Origin: an uncultured Gemmatimonadales bacterium | GTDB taxonomy: Bacteria; Gemmatimonadota; Gemmatimonadetes; Longimicrobiales; RSA9 | NCBI GenBank assembly: GCA_963783305.1 | Contig: CAWAMW010000012.1 | Span: 90,843-154,842, forward strand | Direction of reading: 5' to 3' | DNA length: 64,000 nucleotides | Part shown: in pieces, positions 34,261 through 44,870 of the stretch | How positions within the stretch are numbered: position 1 is the stretch's first letter | Layout: each line of letters begins with the position of its first letter | Translations under genes and position numbers: made by a program | Notes under the pieces: model-generated | What the model saw: the letters and a program-made list of their open reading frames with translations, nothing else | What the model was told of the DNA's origin: nothing | The model's database searches: none

Positions 34261-36456
34261 CTAACGGCGATCCCCGTGCGCGTCCAGCACCGCGCGCACG
34301 CTCCGGGCGAGGTCGTGGGGCGAGAAGGGCTTCGCGAGGAAGGCGCTGGCGCCGCTCGCGACGGTGCGTTTGAGCACCTCGTCCTCCGTGTATCCGCTCA
34401 CGAAGAGCGTGGGGATCTCCGGGAAATGCTCCGCGACTCGCCGGGCCAGCTCCTGTCCACCCATGTCCGGCAGCACCACGTCGGTGACAAGCACGTCCAG
34501 GGCGGGGAGGTCGCCGGCCTCGATGCGCGCCAGCGCCTCGGCCGGGCTGGCCGCCGCGGTCACCGCGTAGCCGTGACCGTCCAGGACGCGGGCGGCGAGG
34601 GCGCGGACGGCATCATCGTCTTCGACCAGGAGGAGAGTCTCTCCCCCCGCGGCCACGCTGCGGGGCGGGGGCGCGGCGGCCGCGTTCGGCGAGGGGGGGC
34701 TGCCATCCTCCGCCTCCACACGCGGGAGCAGGATCTCGAACTCCGTGCCCGCCCCGCGGCCCGAGTGCACCCAGACGTAGCCGCCGCTCTGCTTCACGAT
34801 CCCGTACACCGTGGACAGGCCGAGACCCGTGCCCTGTCCCGACGGCTTGGTCGTGAAGAAGGGCTCGAACACCTGCTGTCGCGTCGACTCGTCCATCCCG
34901 CTCCCGCTGTCCGAGACGCGGAGGCGCACGTACGGCCCGGGCAACACCTCGTACTCGAAGGACGCCGCGTCGTCCGCCGTCATTGTGGCGCCCTCCACGG
35001 CGATCCGGAGCAGACCGCCGCCGGGCATGGCGTCCCGGGCATTCACCGCCAGGTTTACGACGACCTGCTCGAGCTGGGTCGGGTCCGCTTTCACCAGCCC
35101 GCTGGCGGCGTCCCCGGCGGTCTCCAGCCGGATCCGCTCCCCCAGCAGCCGCTTCAGCATGGGCTCCAGACCGCGCACCACGGCGCCCAGCTCCAGCACG
35201 CGCGGCTGGAGCACCTGTCGCCGGCTGAACGCCAGCAACTGCCGCGTGAGCTCCGTCGCCCGACCGGCGCTCCGACGGATCTCGCGAATGTCGTGCGCCA
35301 TGGGATCGCCCTCCGAGACCGCCTCCAGCAGCAGGTCCGCGTGGCCCTGTACGGCCGTCATCACGTTGTTGAAGTCGTGGGCGATGCCCCCGGCAAGCTG
35401 ACCGATCGCCTCCAGCTTCGCCGCCTGCCGCAGCCGCCGCTCCAGCCCACGCTGCTCCGTCACATCCGCGAACACGCCCACCAGGCCCTGGATCTGGCCA
35501 TCCGCGCCGCGCACGGCCGCGTTCCACATCCGGACGTCCACCACCCGCCCGTCCTTCCGCTCGCGCCGAAGGTCGATCCCCTGCAGCAGCTCCCCGCCGA
35601 AGCCACGCTCGAACAGCTTTCCAGGCGTGCGCTCCCCCGACGCCGCCTCCAGCGGGTACGGCCGACCCAGCACCTCGTCCGCCGACCAGCCGAAAATCTG
35701 CTCAGCGGCCCGGTTCCAGTACTCCACGGCCCGGTCCCTGTCGACGCGGATGATCGCCACCGGCGCGACGTCCACGATCGCCCGCAGCCGCTCCTCCGCC
35801 GCCCGCAGCTCGCGCTCCGCCTGCTCGCGCGTGCGGATATGCCGGCGCACCAGGTACGCCAGGAGGCTCCACGTGAGCAGCAGCAGCAGGAACGCCGCCG
35901 AAACCAGGCCGAAGATCACCTCCATCTGCGCCTCTGTCCGCTCTTCCTCCGCCCGCATCCAGCGGGAGAGGTCGGCCAGCAGCAGCGTGCGCTCGTTCTG
36001 GTACCGCTGCTTCGCCGCCGCGTAGTCGCGACCCCGGAGCAGCGACCACGCCCGCGCCCGTTCCCCATCCCGCGCCATCGCCATCGCCCGGTGCTCCATG
36101 GCCCCCAGCGTGTCCGCCACGCCCACGATGGAATCGGCGAGCCCCGGCCGATCCAGCCACAGGGTCACCGTCCGCAGCGAGGCCAGGATGTCCACGAGCA
36201 GCGGGTCCAGCGCGTCGTAGCGCGCTTCCCACGCGGGATCCCCGGTGCTCACCGCCAGCAGCGCCGACCCCGTCAGCGCCTCGTCCACGTAGTCCAGCCG
36301 CCGCGTCAGCTCCAGGACCTGCGTCGAGCGCTCCCAGACCTCCGGTACCCGCCGATGGACGTCCCGCACCGCCCAGGCGATGAGCAGGAACGGAGCCAGG
36401 CTGAAGGTCGCCGCGAGAGCGATCACGCGACCTGCGATACGGTCTCTGATGATCAA
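34261..36456 (-). CDS. Membrane hybrid histidine kinase (2TM sensor-PAS-HisKA-HATPase-REC)
   Basis: Two hydrophobic segments, PAS (WNRAAEQIFGW), [23 protein letters not shown]. Confidence 0.92.
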   Translation of the reverse strand: MIIRDRIAGRVIALAATFSLAPFLLIAWAVRDVHRRVPEVWERSTQVLELTRRLDYVDEALTGSALLAVSTGDPAWEARYDALDPLLVDILASLRTVTLWLDRPGLADSIVGVADTLGAMEHRAMAMARDGERARAWSLLRGRDYAAAKQRYQNERTLLLADLSRWMRAEEERTEAQMEVIFGLVSAAFLLLLLTWSLLAYLVRRHIRTREQAERELRAAEERLRAIVDVAPVAIIRVDRDRAVEYWNRAAEQIFGWSADEVLGRPYPLEAASGERTPGKLFERGFGGELLQGIDLRRERKDGRVVDVRMWNAAVRGADGQIQGLVGVFADVTEQRGLERRLRQAAKLEAIGQLAGGIAHDFNNVMTAVQGHADLLLEAVSEGDPMAHDIREIRRSAGRATELTRQLLAFSRRQVLQPRVLELGAVVRGLEPMLKRLLGERIRLETAGDAASGLVKADPTQLEQVVVNLAVNARDAMPGGGLLRIAVEGATMTADDAASFEYEVLPGPYVRLRVSDSGSGMDESTRQQVFEPFFTTKPSGQGTGLGLSTVYGIVKQSGGYVWVHSGRGAGTEFEILLPRVEAEDGSPPSPNAAAAPPPRSVAAGGETLLLVEDDDAVRALAARVLDGHGYAVTAAASPAEALARIEAGDLPALDVLVTDVVLPDMGGQELARRVAEHFPEIPTLFVSGYTEDEVLKRTVASGASAFLAKPFSPHDLARSVRAVLDAHGDRR

Positions 36457-36600
36457 TCCGGCTCCAGGTCAGTTGCGCTCGGAGAGGACCGCTGCGAGGA
36501 GGGGGGTGCACTGGAGGTCAGCGCCCCGCCGCCCCGCGCATCGGGCCCCGCAGAGATGCCTCTGGCCCCGCCCACGGTCAACGACCCGCGATCCTCCATG

Positions 36601-39456
36601 TCACCCCGTGCTCTGCATGGCCGCCGCGACGCCATTGATGCTCAGAAACAGGAGCTCGCGCACGGCCTCCCCGTCCGCTCCCGCCGCCCGATAGCGCCGC
36701 AGCAGCTCGAGCTGTAGCAGGTTCAGCACGTCCGTATACGGGTTACGGAGCGCAATCGACTTCCGGATCACAGGGCTCTCCTCCAGCAGCACTTCCTGAC
36801 CCGTGATCTCCAGGATCGCCGAACGCCCCGCCTCGAAATCCGCGACGATCCGGCCGAAGAACCCGCCCTCCGCCCCCGCGTCCGTATCCGACGCCAGCCC
36901 CGCATACCGCTCCGCGATCTCCAGCCGCGCCCGCGCCATCTCCCGCTGCGCGTTGTCCACCACCGCCCTGAAGAACGGCCACTCCCGGTACAGCGACCCC
37001 ATATCGGCCGCCCCGGCACCCTCCGCCGCTCCGGCGCCGCCAGGCGCCCCCCCGGTGCCGCCGCCAGGCGGCGCCCCGCGAGCCGAAGGCGAGCCCCCCG
37101 GGGCGGCGCCCAGCGCCGCCCCCACCCCGTACCACCCCGGCACGATCGCCCGCGCCTGCGTCCACGCGAACACCCACGGGATCGCCCGCAGCCCCTCGAA
37201 GTCCACCTCCGACGCGGAGCCCCGGGAGACGGGACGCGACGCGATGGGCAGTCGGCTGATCAGCTCGATGGGCGTTGCGGCCACGTACCAGCTCCAGAAG
37301 TCCGGGTGGTCGATGAGCGCGCGGTACGCCTCCATCGACGCAGCCGCGATGGCGTCCATGAGCCCCGCGGTGGCCTCGGTGGGGAAGGGGTCCTCCGGTA
37401 CGGCGCCGCGCCCCGGGTCGTCCGCCGCCGCGAGCAGCACGGCGCTCACCAGCTGCTCCGCGTGACGGTGCGCGATCCCCGGCAGTGCGTACCGGAACGA
37501 GATCACCTCGCCCTGCTCGGTAAGCCGGATCCGGCCGTTGTTCGCCGCCCTCGGCATGGCCAGGATCGCCTGGTTCGCCCGCCCGCCGCCCCGACCCACG
37601 GTCCCGCCGCGACCGTGGAAGAGCCGGAAGTCCACGTCGTGCTCACGGCACACCGCGCCCAGCGAGCGCTGCGCCCGGTGCAGCGCCCAGTTGGCCATCC
37701 AGTAGCCGCCATCCTTGTTGCTGTCGGAGTAGCCCAGCATGATCTCCTGGAAGCCCCCGCGTGCCTCCAGCTGGAGGCGGTAGACCGGGTCGGCGAAGAG
37801 CGCGGCCATGCGGTCGGCGGCGTCGTCCAGGTCGTCGATGGTCTCGAACAGCGGGACGAAGTCCAGTGGGGTCTCCACGCGCCCGTCCCGCACTCGCCAG
37901 AGCCCCGCTTCCTTGGCCAGCAGCATGGGCTCCAGCAGGTCACTCACGCTGTGGGTCATGCTGACGATGTAGGAGCCCACGGCCTCCGGCGACGCGTCCG
38001 CGATCTCACGGATCGCCGCGAACGTCTCCAGCGCGTCCGTGGCCGCCGCACCCGCCTCCGCCCCGCGGGCCAGCAGCGGGCGCGGGTTCTCCAGCTCCCG
38101 CCGCAGCAGCGCCACGCGCGCGTTCTCGTCCAGCCCGCCGTAGTCCGCCTCCACGTCCGCGGCGGCCAGCAGCGCGGCCACCGCCGCCTCGTGCACCGCG
38201 CTGTGCTGCCGCACGTCCAGCGCGGCCAGGTGGAGTCCGAACGTTCGGGCCAGCACCCGGCACCGCTGCAGCTGTCCGCCTCGCGCCACGGACCCGAATC
38301 CCGACTCCTCCAGTGATCGGTGGATCAGCTCCAGGTCGCTCAGCAGTGACTCGGCGCCCCGGTCGCGGTCCAGACCGTGGATCATCCGCACCACCAGCCG
38401 ACGGTACGGCTCCCCCGCGAACCGCTCCTCGCCCGGCACCGGCTCGCCCTCCTCCAGCCGCGCCCGCAGCGCCTCCGGCACCGGCGCCAGCCGCTCCGAG
38501 ATGCTGAGCTCGGACCGCAGCCGCTCCAGCTCCCGGCGATGCCCCGCCACGGCCGCGCTCCGCTGCCGCTCGAACGTCCACCGCGTCACCTCCGGCGTCA
38601 CGTTCGGGTTCCCGTCCCGATCGCTCCCGATCCACGATCGCCAGCGGAGGAACACCGGGACGTCCACCCCATCCGCCGCTTCGCCGTACTCCCGCACGAG
38701 CGCGCGTTCGAGGTCGCGGTGGATGCGCGGGGCCGTCTCCCAGATCGTGGACTCCAGGAAATAGAGACCCTGCTCGACCTCGTCGCGCACCGTCGGTCGC
38801 TCCGCCCGGATCTCCGACGTGGCCAGCAGCAGCGTCACCTGGTCGTCCAGCCGCCGCGCGGCATCCGCCGCCTCCCCCGGCGTGGCGTCCGGCCGCCGCA
38901 GCTCCGCCAGACCCTCCGCGATCCGCCGCTGCACCTGCAGCAGCGTGCGCCGGCGCGCCTCGGTGGGGTGGGCCGTGAGCGTGGGCTGGATGTCCAGCCG
39001 GGCCACCGCCGCCAGCACCTCCTCCAGGCTGCGCCCATCGGCCTCGAGCCGCCCCACGGCATCCGCGATGGACTCGGGGCGGGGAGGACCGCCCGCGCCC
39101 GACGCTATCGACCGCTCCCGGTTCACCCGCAGGATCTCCCGCTTCTCCGCCTGGTTCACCAGGTGGAAGAACGCGCTGTACGACCGCAGCAGCCACGCGA
39201 TCTCGTCGTTGTCGAGCTCCGCGATCCGCGCCGCCGCCGTGTCCCGCAGCGACGAGTCCTCCTCCTCCGCCGCGCGCTTGCACAGCAGTCGGAGCTCCTC
39301 CACCCGCTCGAACACGCCATCGCCCGCCCGCTGCCGGATCGCCGCACCGAGCAGCGCGCCCAGCAGGTTCACGTTCTCCGACAGCGGCCGGGAGATGCCG
39401 GTGCCCTCGGTCTCGATGTCCAGACCCCGCCGGGGCGCCCCGTCCCGCTGGGTCAT
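36601..39456 (-). CDS. ppc: Phosphoenolpyruvate carboxylase
   Basis: TAHPTE, GSDRDGNP, MLGYSDSNKDGG, FHGRGGTVGRGGG, LRAIPWVFAWTQ, AMQSTG; true start about 39456, not 41445. Confidence 0.96.
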   Translation of the reverse strand: MTQRDGAPRRGLDIETEGTGISRPLSENVNLLGALLGAAIRQRAGDGVFERVEELRLLCKRAAEEEDSSLRDTAAARIAELDNDEIAWLLRSYSAFFHLVNQAEKREILRVNRERSIASGAGGPPRPESIADAVGRLEADGRSLEEVLAAVARLDIQPTLTAHPTEARRRTLLQVQRRIAEGLAELRRPDATPGEAADAARRLDDQVTLLLATSEIRAERPTVRDEVEQGLYFLESTIWETAPRIHRDLERALVREYGEAADGVDVPVFLRWRSWIGSDRDGNPNVTPEVTRWTFERQRSAAVAGHRRELERLRSELSISERLAPVPEALRARLEEGEPVPGEERFAGEPYRRLVVRMIHGLDRDRGAESLLSDLELIHRSLEESGFGSVARGGQLQRCRVLARTFGLHLAALDVRQHSAVHEAAVAALLAAADVEADYGGLDENARVALLRRELENPRPLLARGAEAGAAATDALETFAAIREIADASPEAVGSYIVSMTHSVSDLLEPMLLAKEAGLWRVRDGRVETPLDFVPLFETIDDLDDAADRMAALFADPVYRLQLEARGGFQEIMLGYSDSNKDGGYWMANWALHRAQRSLGAVCREHDVDFRLFHGRGGTVGRGGGRANQAILAMPRAANNGRIRLTEQGEVISFRYALPGIAHRHAEQLVSAVLLAAADDPGRGAVPEDPFPTEATAGLMDAIAAASMEAYRALIDHPDFWSWYVAATPIELISRLPIASRPVSRGSASEVDFEGLRAIPWVFAWTQARAIVPGWYGVGAALGAAPGGSPSARGAPPGGGTGGAPGGAGAAEGAGAADMGSLYREWPFFRAVVDNAQREMARARLEIAERYAGLASDTDAGAEGGFFGRIVADFEAGRSAILEITGQEVLLEESPVIRKSIALRNPYTDVLNLLQLELLRRYRAAGADGEAVRELLFLSINGVAAAMQSTG

Positions 39457-39577
39457 GTACCGCCGCGGTCCTTCTCCACCGGCTCCGTCGTCTCCGTTCC
39501 TCTTCCCATTTCTCCTCCTGGTCCCGTTCGCGTTCCTCCTCGCCCCACAAGCAGGCAGAGCCCATGCCGCAGTCCCC

Positions 39578-39614
39578 GTGACCTGTGATCTGTGACCTGT
39601 GATCTGTGATCTGT
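39578..39614. repeat. Heptamer tandem repeat GTGA(C/T)CT x5
   Basis: Read directly in the divergent ppc / deacetylase intergenic region. Confidence 0.85.
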
Positions 39615-39663
39615 CGCCCTGTCCCCCTGTTCCCCCCGACCCCCCAACCGTGTACCCTTCTTC

Positions 39664-41415
39664 ATGCTCCGCATCCACCGCGTCTACGACACCGTAAGCG
39701 ACCACGACCGCGAGGCCGTCGAGGCCACCCAGGGCGTACTCCGGAGCCGGTTTCCGGACCTCTCGCCCCGGCTCATCGACGCGCTGCCGGAAGAGCTCCG
39801 GCACCCCGACCCGCTCTTCCGCCCCATCCTCTTCGTCGCCGAGACCTCCGCCGGCCGGGTGCGCGGGTTCGCGCTGCTCCGGCACGCCACCGACGTCCGC
39901 ATCGCGTTCCTCGACTTCGTCGCCGCCGCCCGCGGCGAGACGGGTGGCGTGGGCAGCGCGCTCTACACCCGGGTCCGCGAGGAGGCCCTGGCACTCGGCT
40001 GCGATGGGCTCTTCCTCGAGACGTTCTCCGACGACCCCGCGCTCGAGCCCGACCCCGAGAAACGCCGGGAGAACCGCGCCCGGCTGCGGTTCTACGCCGC
40101 CTGGGGCGCGCTGCCCATCGAGGGCACCGACTACGCCACGCCCGTGGTCGAGGGCGACCCCGCGCCCATCCTGGTGTTCGATGGGCTCGGCGGCGCCCCA
40201 CCATCCCGCGACCTGGTCCAGCGCGCCATCCGCGCGATCCTCGAGCGCCGCTACCCCGACTACTGCCCGCCCGCCTACATCGACGCCGTGGTCGCGTCCG
40301 TGGAAGCGGACCCGCTCCCGCTCCGGCCCGTCCCGCCCGCGGACGCCGCCGCGTCGGCCGCGGCGAACGGCGAGCCGGGGCCCGGCTCGTCGTCCCGGAT
40401 CCCGCTGGTCGTCAACGAGGGGCACGAGATCCACCACGTCCGCGAGCGCGGCTACGTGGAGGCGCCCGCCCGCGTGGGCGCCATCCTGCGCGAGCTCGAG
40501 CCCACCGGCTGGTTCCGACGGGTCCAGCCCCGCACGTTCCCCGACCGGCACGTCCTCGCCGTCCACGACCCGGAGTACGTCCGATACCTCCGGAAGGTCT
40601 GCGAGGCCACGCCGCCCGACCGCTCCGTCTACCCCTACGTCTTCCCGATCCGTAACGCGGCGCGCCCGCCCGAGGACCTGGCGACCCGCGCCGGCTACTA
40701 CTGCATCGACACCTTCACACCCCTCAACCGGAACGCCTGGCTCGCCGCGCGTGCCGCCGTCGACTGCGCCCTCACCGCCGCCGATGAGGTGCTCGCCGGC
40801 GCCTGGCTCGCCTACGCCCTCGTTCGACCGCCCGGCCACCACGCCGAGCACCGCTCGTTCGGCGGCTTCTGCTACCTGAACACCGCCGCCATCGCCACGG
40901 AGCTCCTGGCGGGGCACGGCACCGTCGCCATCCTCGATATCGATTACCACCACGGCAACGGACAGCAGGACATCTTCTGGCGACGCGGCGATGTCCTCAC
41001 CCTCTCGCTCCACGGCCACCCCCGCTTCGCCTACCCCTACTTCAGCGGGTTCGAGGACGAGAAGGGGGAGGGGGAGGGCGCCGGGGCCAATATCAACATC
41101 GCCCTGCCGGAGCGACTGGATGGCCCCGGCTACCTCCGGGCGCTGGAGCGCGCGCTGCGCGAGGTCGAGCGCTTCGACCCTCGCTTCCTCGTCGTACCCC
41201 TCGGCCTCGACCCCGCCCGGAACGACCCCACCGGCACCTGGACCCTCGGCGCCGCCGACTTCCGCGCCAACGGCGAGGCCATCGGCGCCCTCGGCCTGCC
41301 GACCCTCGTCGTCCAGGAGGGCGGCTACCGCACCCGCACCCTCGGTGTGAACGCCCGCCATTTCATCGAGGGCCTGCGCCACGGCGCCCGCCTCGCCCGG
41401 GGCGCGCCGGACTGA
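39664..41415 (+). CDS. GNAT-like N-terminal domain fused to a histone-deacetylase-family (acetylpolyamine amidohydrolase-like) domain
   Basis: N: FLDFVAA...GGVGSALY...RLRFYAAWG; C: RPPGHHA, GGFCYLN, DIDYHHGNG, SLH, GLD, QEGGY. Confidence 0.88.
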   Translation: MLRIHRVYDTVSDHDREAVEATQGVLRSRFPDLSPRLIDALPEELRHPDPLFRPILFVAETSAGRVRGFALLRHATDVRIAFLDFVAAARGETGGVGSALYTRVREEALALGCDGLFLETFSDDPALEPDPEKRRENRARLRFYAAWGALPIEGTDYATPVVEGDPAPILVFDGLGGAPPSRDLVQRAIRAILERRYPDYCPPAYIDAVVASVEADPLPLRPVPPADAAASAAANGEPGPGSSSRIPLVVNEGHEIHHVRERGYVEAPARVGAILRELEPTGWFRRVQPRTFPDRHVLAVHDPEYVRYLRKVCEATPPDRSVYPYVFPIRNAARPPEDLATRAGYYCIDTFTPLNRNAWLAARAAVDCALTAADEVLAGAWLAYALVRPPGHHAEHRSFGGFCYLNTAAIATELLAGHGTVAILDIDYHHGNGQQDIFWRRGDVLTLSLHGHPRFAYPYFSGFEDEKGEGEGAGANINIALPERLDGPGYLRALERALREVERFDPRFLVVPLGLDPARNDPTGTWTLGAADFRANGEAIGALGLPTLVVQEGGYRTRTLGVNARHFIEGLRHGARLARGAPD

Positions 41416-41510
41416 GCCTTGTCTCCACACTCCGGAACTCCCCACATTGGGCGGAGCTTTCGCAAATCGACAGTGAATCGATAGTGAACACCCCGCAAAG
41501 GAGCTTCACC

Positions 41511-44279
41511 ATGATCCGCCACGCGACCTGGGCCCTTCTCCTCGCGACCGCAGCCGCGTGCTCCGGGCCCGCGCCGGCTCCCACTCCAGCCCCCGCACCC
41601 ATGCCCCGGACCGCCCCAACCGCCGATGACGACCGCGCCTACCTGAGCCAGCTCCCGCCGCTCATCGACCGCGAGACCTTCTTCGGCGACCCCCAGATCG
41701 CTGGCGCCCAGATCTCGCCCGATGGCCGCTGGATCACGTTCCGGAAGCCGTACGGCGACGTCATGAATATCTGGGTGAAGGGGATCGACCAGCCCTTCGA
41801 CGCGGCGCGCCCCATCACCGCCGACACCACCCGCCCCGTGAGCGGCTACTTCTGGACCGAGGACAGCCGCTACGTCCTCTACGTCCAGGACAAGGGTGGC
41901 GACGAGAACTTCCACCTCTACGCCGTGGACCCCGCCGCCGCGCCTGAGACGGCCACCGGCGTGCCGCCCGCCCGCGACCTCACGCCGTACGAGGGCGTTC
42001 GGGCCATGATCATCGCCGTCCCCGAGTCCACCCCCGGCGAGATCGTGGTGGGGCTGAACGACCGCGACCCCGCCTTCCACGACGTCTACCGCGTGGACAT
42101 CGACTCGGGTGAGCGCGAGCTGATGGTGGAGAACGACGCCCGCATCGCCGGGTGGCAGACGGACCTCGAGGGCCACGTCCGTCTGGGCGTCCGCATCGAC
42201 CAGCAGGGCGCCTCTCAGATCTTCCGCGTCGACGACGATGGCACACTCACCCAGGTCTACGAGTGCGGCTTCGAGGAGAGCTGCGGGCCCGTTCGCTTCC
42301 ACCCGGACGGGCGGCGCGTCTACATGATCACCAACAAGGGCGAGGACGTGGACCTCACCCGCCTCGTCCTGTTCGACCCGGCCACCGGCGAGCTCGAGGT
42401 CGTCGAGAGCGACCCCGAGGGCGTGGCCGACTTCGGCGGCGCCGAGTTCAGCGATGTCACAGACGAGCTGGTCGCCACCTATTACGTGGGTGACCGGCTC
42501 CGTATCTATCCCAAGGACGACGCGTTCGCCCGCGACTACGAGCGGCTCCGCCAGCAGCTCCCGCGCGGCGACATCTACCTGGGCTCGTCCACCGAGGACG
42601 AGTCGCGCGTCATCGTCACCGTCACCTCCGACGTGGACCCCGGCGCCACGTACCTCTACGACCGCCGCACCGGCGACGTAGAGCTGCTCTACCGCCCGCG
42701 CCCCGACCTGCCCAGCGAGGACCTGGCCGAGATGCAGGCCGTGCGCTACCCCGCCCGTGACGGTGAGGAGGTCCCGGCCTACCTCACGGTGCCGAAGGGC
42801 GTCACCCCCACGAACCTCCCGGCCATCATCCTGCCCCACGGCGGACCCTGGGCCCGCGACACCTGGGGCTACAACAGCATGGCCCAGTGGCTCGCCAACC
42901 GCGGCTACGTCGTGCTCCAGCCCAACTTCCGCGCCTCCACCGGCTACGGGAAGCGCTGGCTCAACCTGGGCAACAAGGAGTGGGGCACGGGCAGCATGCA
43001 GCACGACCTGAGCGATGGCGTGCAGTGGCTCATCGATGAGGGCATCGCCGATCCCGACCAGGTCTGCATCATGGGCGGGTCCTACGGCGGGTACGCCACC
43101 CTCGCCGGCCTCGCCTTCACCCCCGAGATCTACCACTGCGGCGTATCCATCGTCGGGCCGTCCAACCTCCTCACCCTCATCCGCTCCGTTCCCGCATACT
43201 GGGAGCCCGCCCTCGCCCTCTTCCGCAACCGCATGGGCGACTGGGAGGACCCGGAGGGGAAGGCCATGCTCGAGGCGCAGTCGCCCCTGTTCTCCGCCAC
43301 CGAGATCGAGGACCCGCTCCTGGTCATCCAGGGCGCCAACGACCCGCGGGTGAACAAGGCCGAGTCCGACCAGATCGTCGTCGCCATGCGCGACCTCGGC
43401 CGCGAGGTCGAGTACATGGTCGCCCCCGACGAGGGGCACGGCTTCGCCGGCGAGATGAACCGCCTGGCCATGAACGCCGAGATCGAGGCGTTCCTGGCCG
43501 AGCACCTGCGCGGCCGGTACCAGGAAGAGATGTCGCCCGAGCTCCGGCGCCACCTCCAGGGCCTCATGGTCGACCCCGCCACGGTCACCCTGGCCGAGCC
43601 CGGCGATGACGACGCCGGTGTTGCCATGTCCGTGGACGCCGACCTCCTCACACCCGGCACCCTCACGTACTCCGTGGCCATGTCCATGCGCGGCCAGACC
43701 ATAGAGATGACCTCCGAGCGGAGCGTCGAGAGCGGCGCCCACGAGGGGACCGACGCGTGGGTCGTCGTGGAGAGCACACAGATGCCCATGGGAAGCGCCG
43801 TGGACTCCACCTGGATCGACGCGGCCACCCTCCAGCCCATCGCCCGCCACGTCCACCAGGGGCCCGCCGTCATCATGCTCGACTTCGACGATGAGGGCGT
43901 CACCGGCTCCATCGAGGCCGGACCCCAGCAGATGCAGGTCGACGTGGACAGCGAGGAGCCCGTCTTCGACGGGCCGTCGCTCAATCTCGCCATTGGCGCC
44001 ATGCCGCTCGCGGAGGGCTACCGCACCACGCTCCACACGCTGAACCTGATGCAGGGCAGCACCAGCCCCACCCGCGTGGCGGTCACCGGCCGCGAGAGCG
44101 TGACCGTGCCCGGTGGCACCTTCGACGCCTGGGTCGTCGAGTTCGGCGCCGCCGACTCCGCCGACCGCTCCACCCTCTGGATCGACGCCGACACCCGGCG
44201 CGTGGTTCGCGCCGTCATGCAGCTCCCCGCCCAGATGGGCGGCGGCAGCGCCACCATGGAGCTGACCGGCGGGCTGTAG
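41511..44279 (+). CDS. S9 family (dipeptidyl/acylaminoacyl) peptidase lipoprotein with C-terminal extension
   Basis: AAAC lipobox, [35 protein letters not shown] before ATG 41511. Confidence 0.93.
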   Translation: MIRHATWALLLATAAACSGPAPAPTPAPAPMPRTAPTADDDRAYLSQLPPLIDRETFFGDPQIAGAQISPDGRWITFRKPYGDVMNIWVKGIDQPFDAARPITADTTRPVSGYFWTEDSRYVLYVQDKGGDENFHLYAVDPAAAPETATGVPPARDLTPYEGVRAMIIAVPESTPGEIVVGLNDRDPAFHDVYRVDIDSGERELMVENDARIAGWQTDLEGHVRLGVRIDQQGASQIFRVDDDGTLTQVYECGFEESCGPVRFHPDGRRVYMITNKGEDVDLTRLVLFDPATGELEVVESDPEGVADFGGAEFSDVTDELVATYYVGDRLRIYPKDDAFARDYERLRQQLPRGDIYLGSSTEDESRVIVTVTSDVDPGATYLYDRRTGDVELLYRPRPDLPSEDLAEMQAVRYPARDGEEVPAYLTVPKGVTPTNLPAIILPHGGPWARDTWGYNSMAQWLANRGYVVLQPNFRASTGYGKRWLNLGNKEWGTGSMQHDLSDGVQWLIDEGIADPDQVCIMGGSYGGYATLAGLAFTPEIYHCGVSIVGPSNLLTLIRSVPAYWEPALALFRNRMGDWEDPEGKAMLEAQSPLFSATEIEDPLLVIQGANDPRVNKAESDQIVVAMRDLGREVEYMVAPDEGHGFAGEMNRLAMNAEIEAFLAEHLRGRYQEEMSPELRRHLQGLMVDPATVTLAEPGDDDAGVAMSVDADLLTPGTLTYSVAMSMRGQTIEMTSERSVESGAHEGTDAWVVVESTQMPMGSAVDSTWIDAATLQPIARHVHQGPAVIMLDFDDEGVTGSIEAGPQQMQVDVDSEEPVFDGPSLNLAIGAMPLAEGYRTTLHTLNLMQGSTSPTRVAVTGRESVTVPGGTFDAWVVEFGAADSADRSTLWIDADTRRVVRAVMQLPAQMGGGSATMELTGGL

Positions 44280-44340
44280 CAGGGGAGAGGCCGCCGGGGG
44301 ACGGAGACCGACCCGCCCTCGGCGGCCTCGGCGGCCCCGT

Positions 44341-44844
44341 TTCCCGAGCCCCGCTCACGCCACGAAGCCGGCGGGGACAGCCAAGAACGACAACGGCGTG
44401 ACACGAAGGGCTCGAAACGACGAAGAACACGAATGGACCACCGGAGCGCCTCGTCCCACCGGAAGAAATCAAACCCTGATCCTTGGTGTCTACGGGGCGG
44501 CCCGAGCCCCCCGCCGCGAACGCTGCTATACCACTTCGTGCCCTTCGTTCCCCTTCGTTCCCCTTCGTGTCAAAGCTGTTCCCGAGCCCCGCTCACGCCA
44601 CGAAGCCGGCGGGGACAGCCACGAACGACAACGACGTGACACGAAGGGCTCGAAACGACGAAGAACACGAAGGGACCACCGGAGCGCCTCGTCCCACCGG
44701 AAGAAATCAAACCCCGATCCTTGGTTCCTACGGGGCGGCCCGAGCCCCCCCGCGAACGCTGCTATACCGGCTTCGTGACCTTCGTTCCCCTTCGTTCCCC
44801 TTCGTGTCAAAGCTGTTCCCGAGCCCCGCTCACGCCACGAAGCC
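44341..44844. repeat. Tandem ~238-bp units (2 full plus a partial), each containing a GTGACACGAAG...CTTCGTGTCA inverted-repeat element
   Basis: Unit starts at 44341, 44579 and 44816; elements at 44398-44573 and 44636-44810. Confidence 0.92.
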
Positions 44845-44870
44845 CGCGCTACCGAGCCAGGAAGCCCGCG

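Noticed and set aside
39457..41445. 1614-aa ORF suggesting a giant PEP carboxylase fusion
   Set aside because: The N-terminal ~660 residues are the antisense shadow of the GNAT-deacetylase gene plus intergenic repeats; PEPC homology starts near 39456
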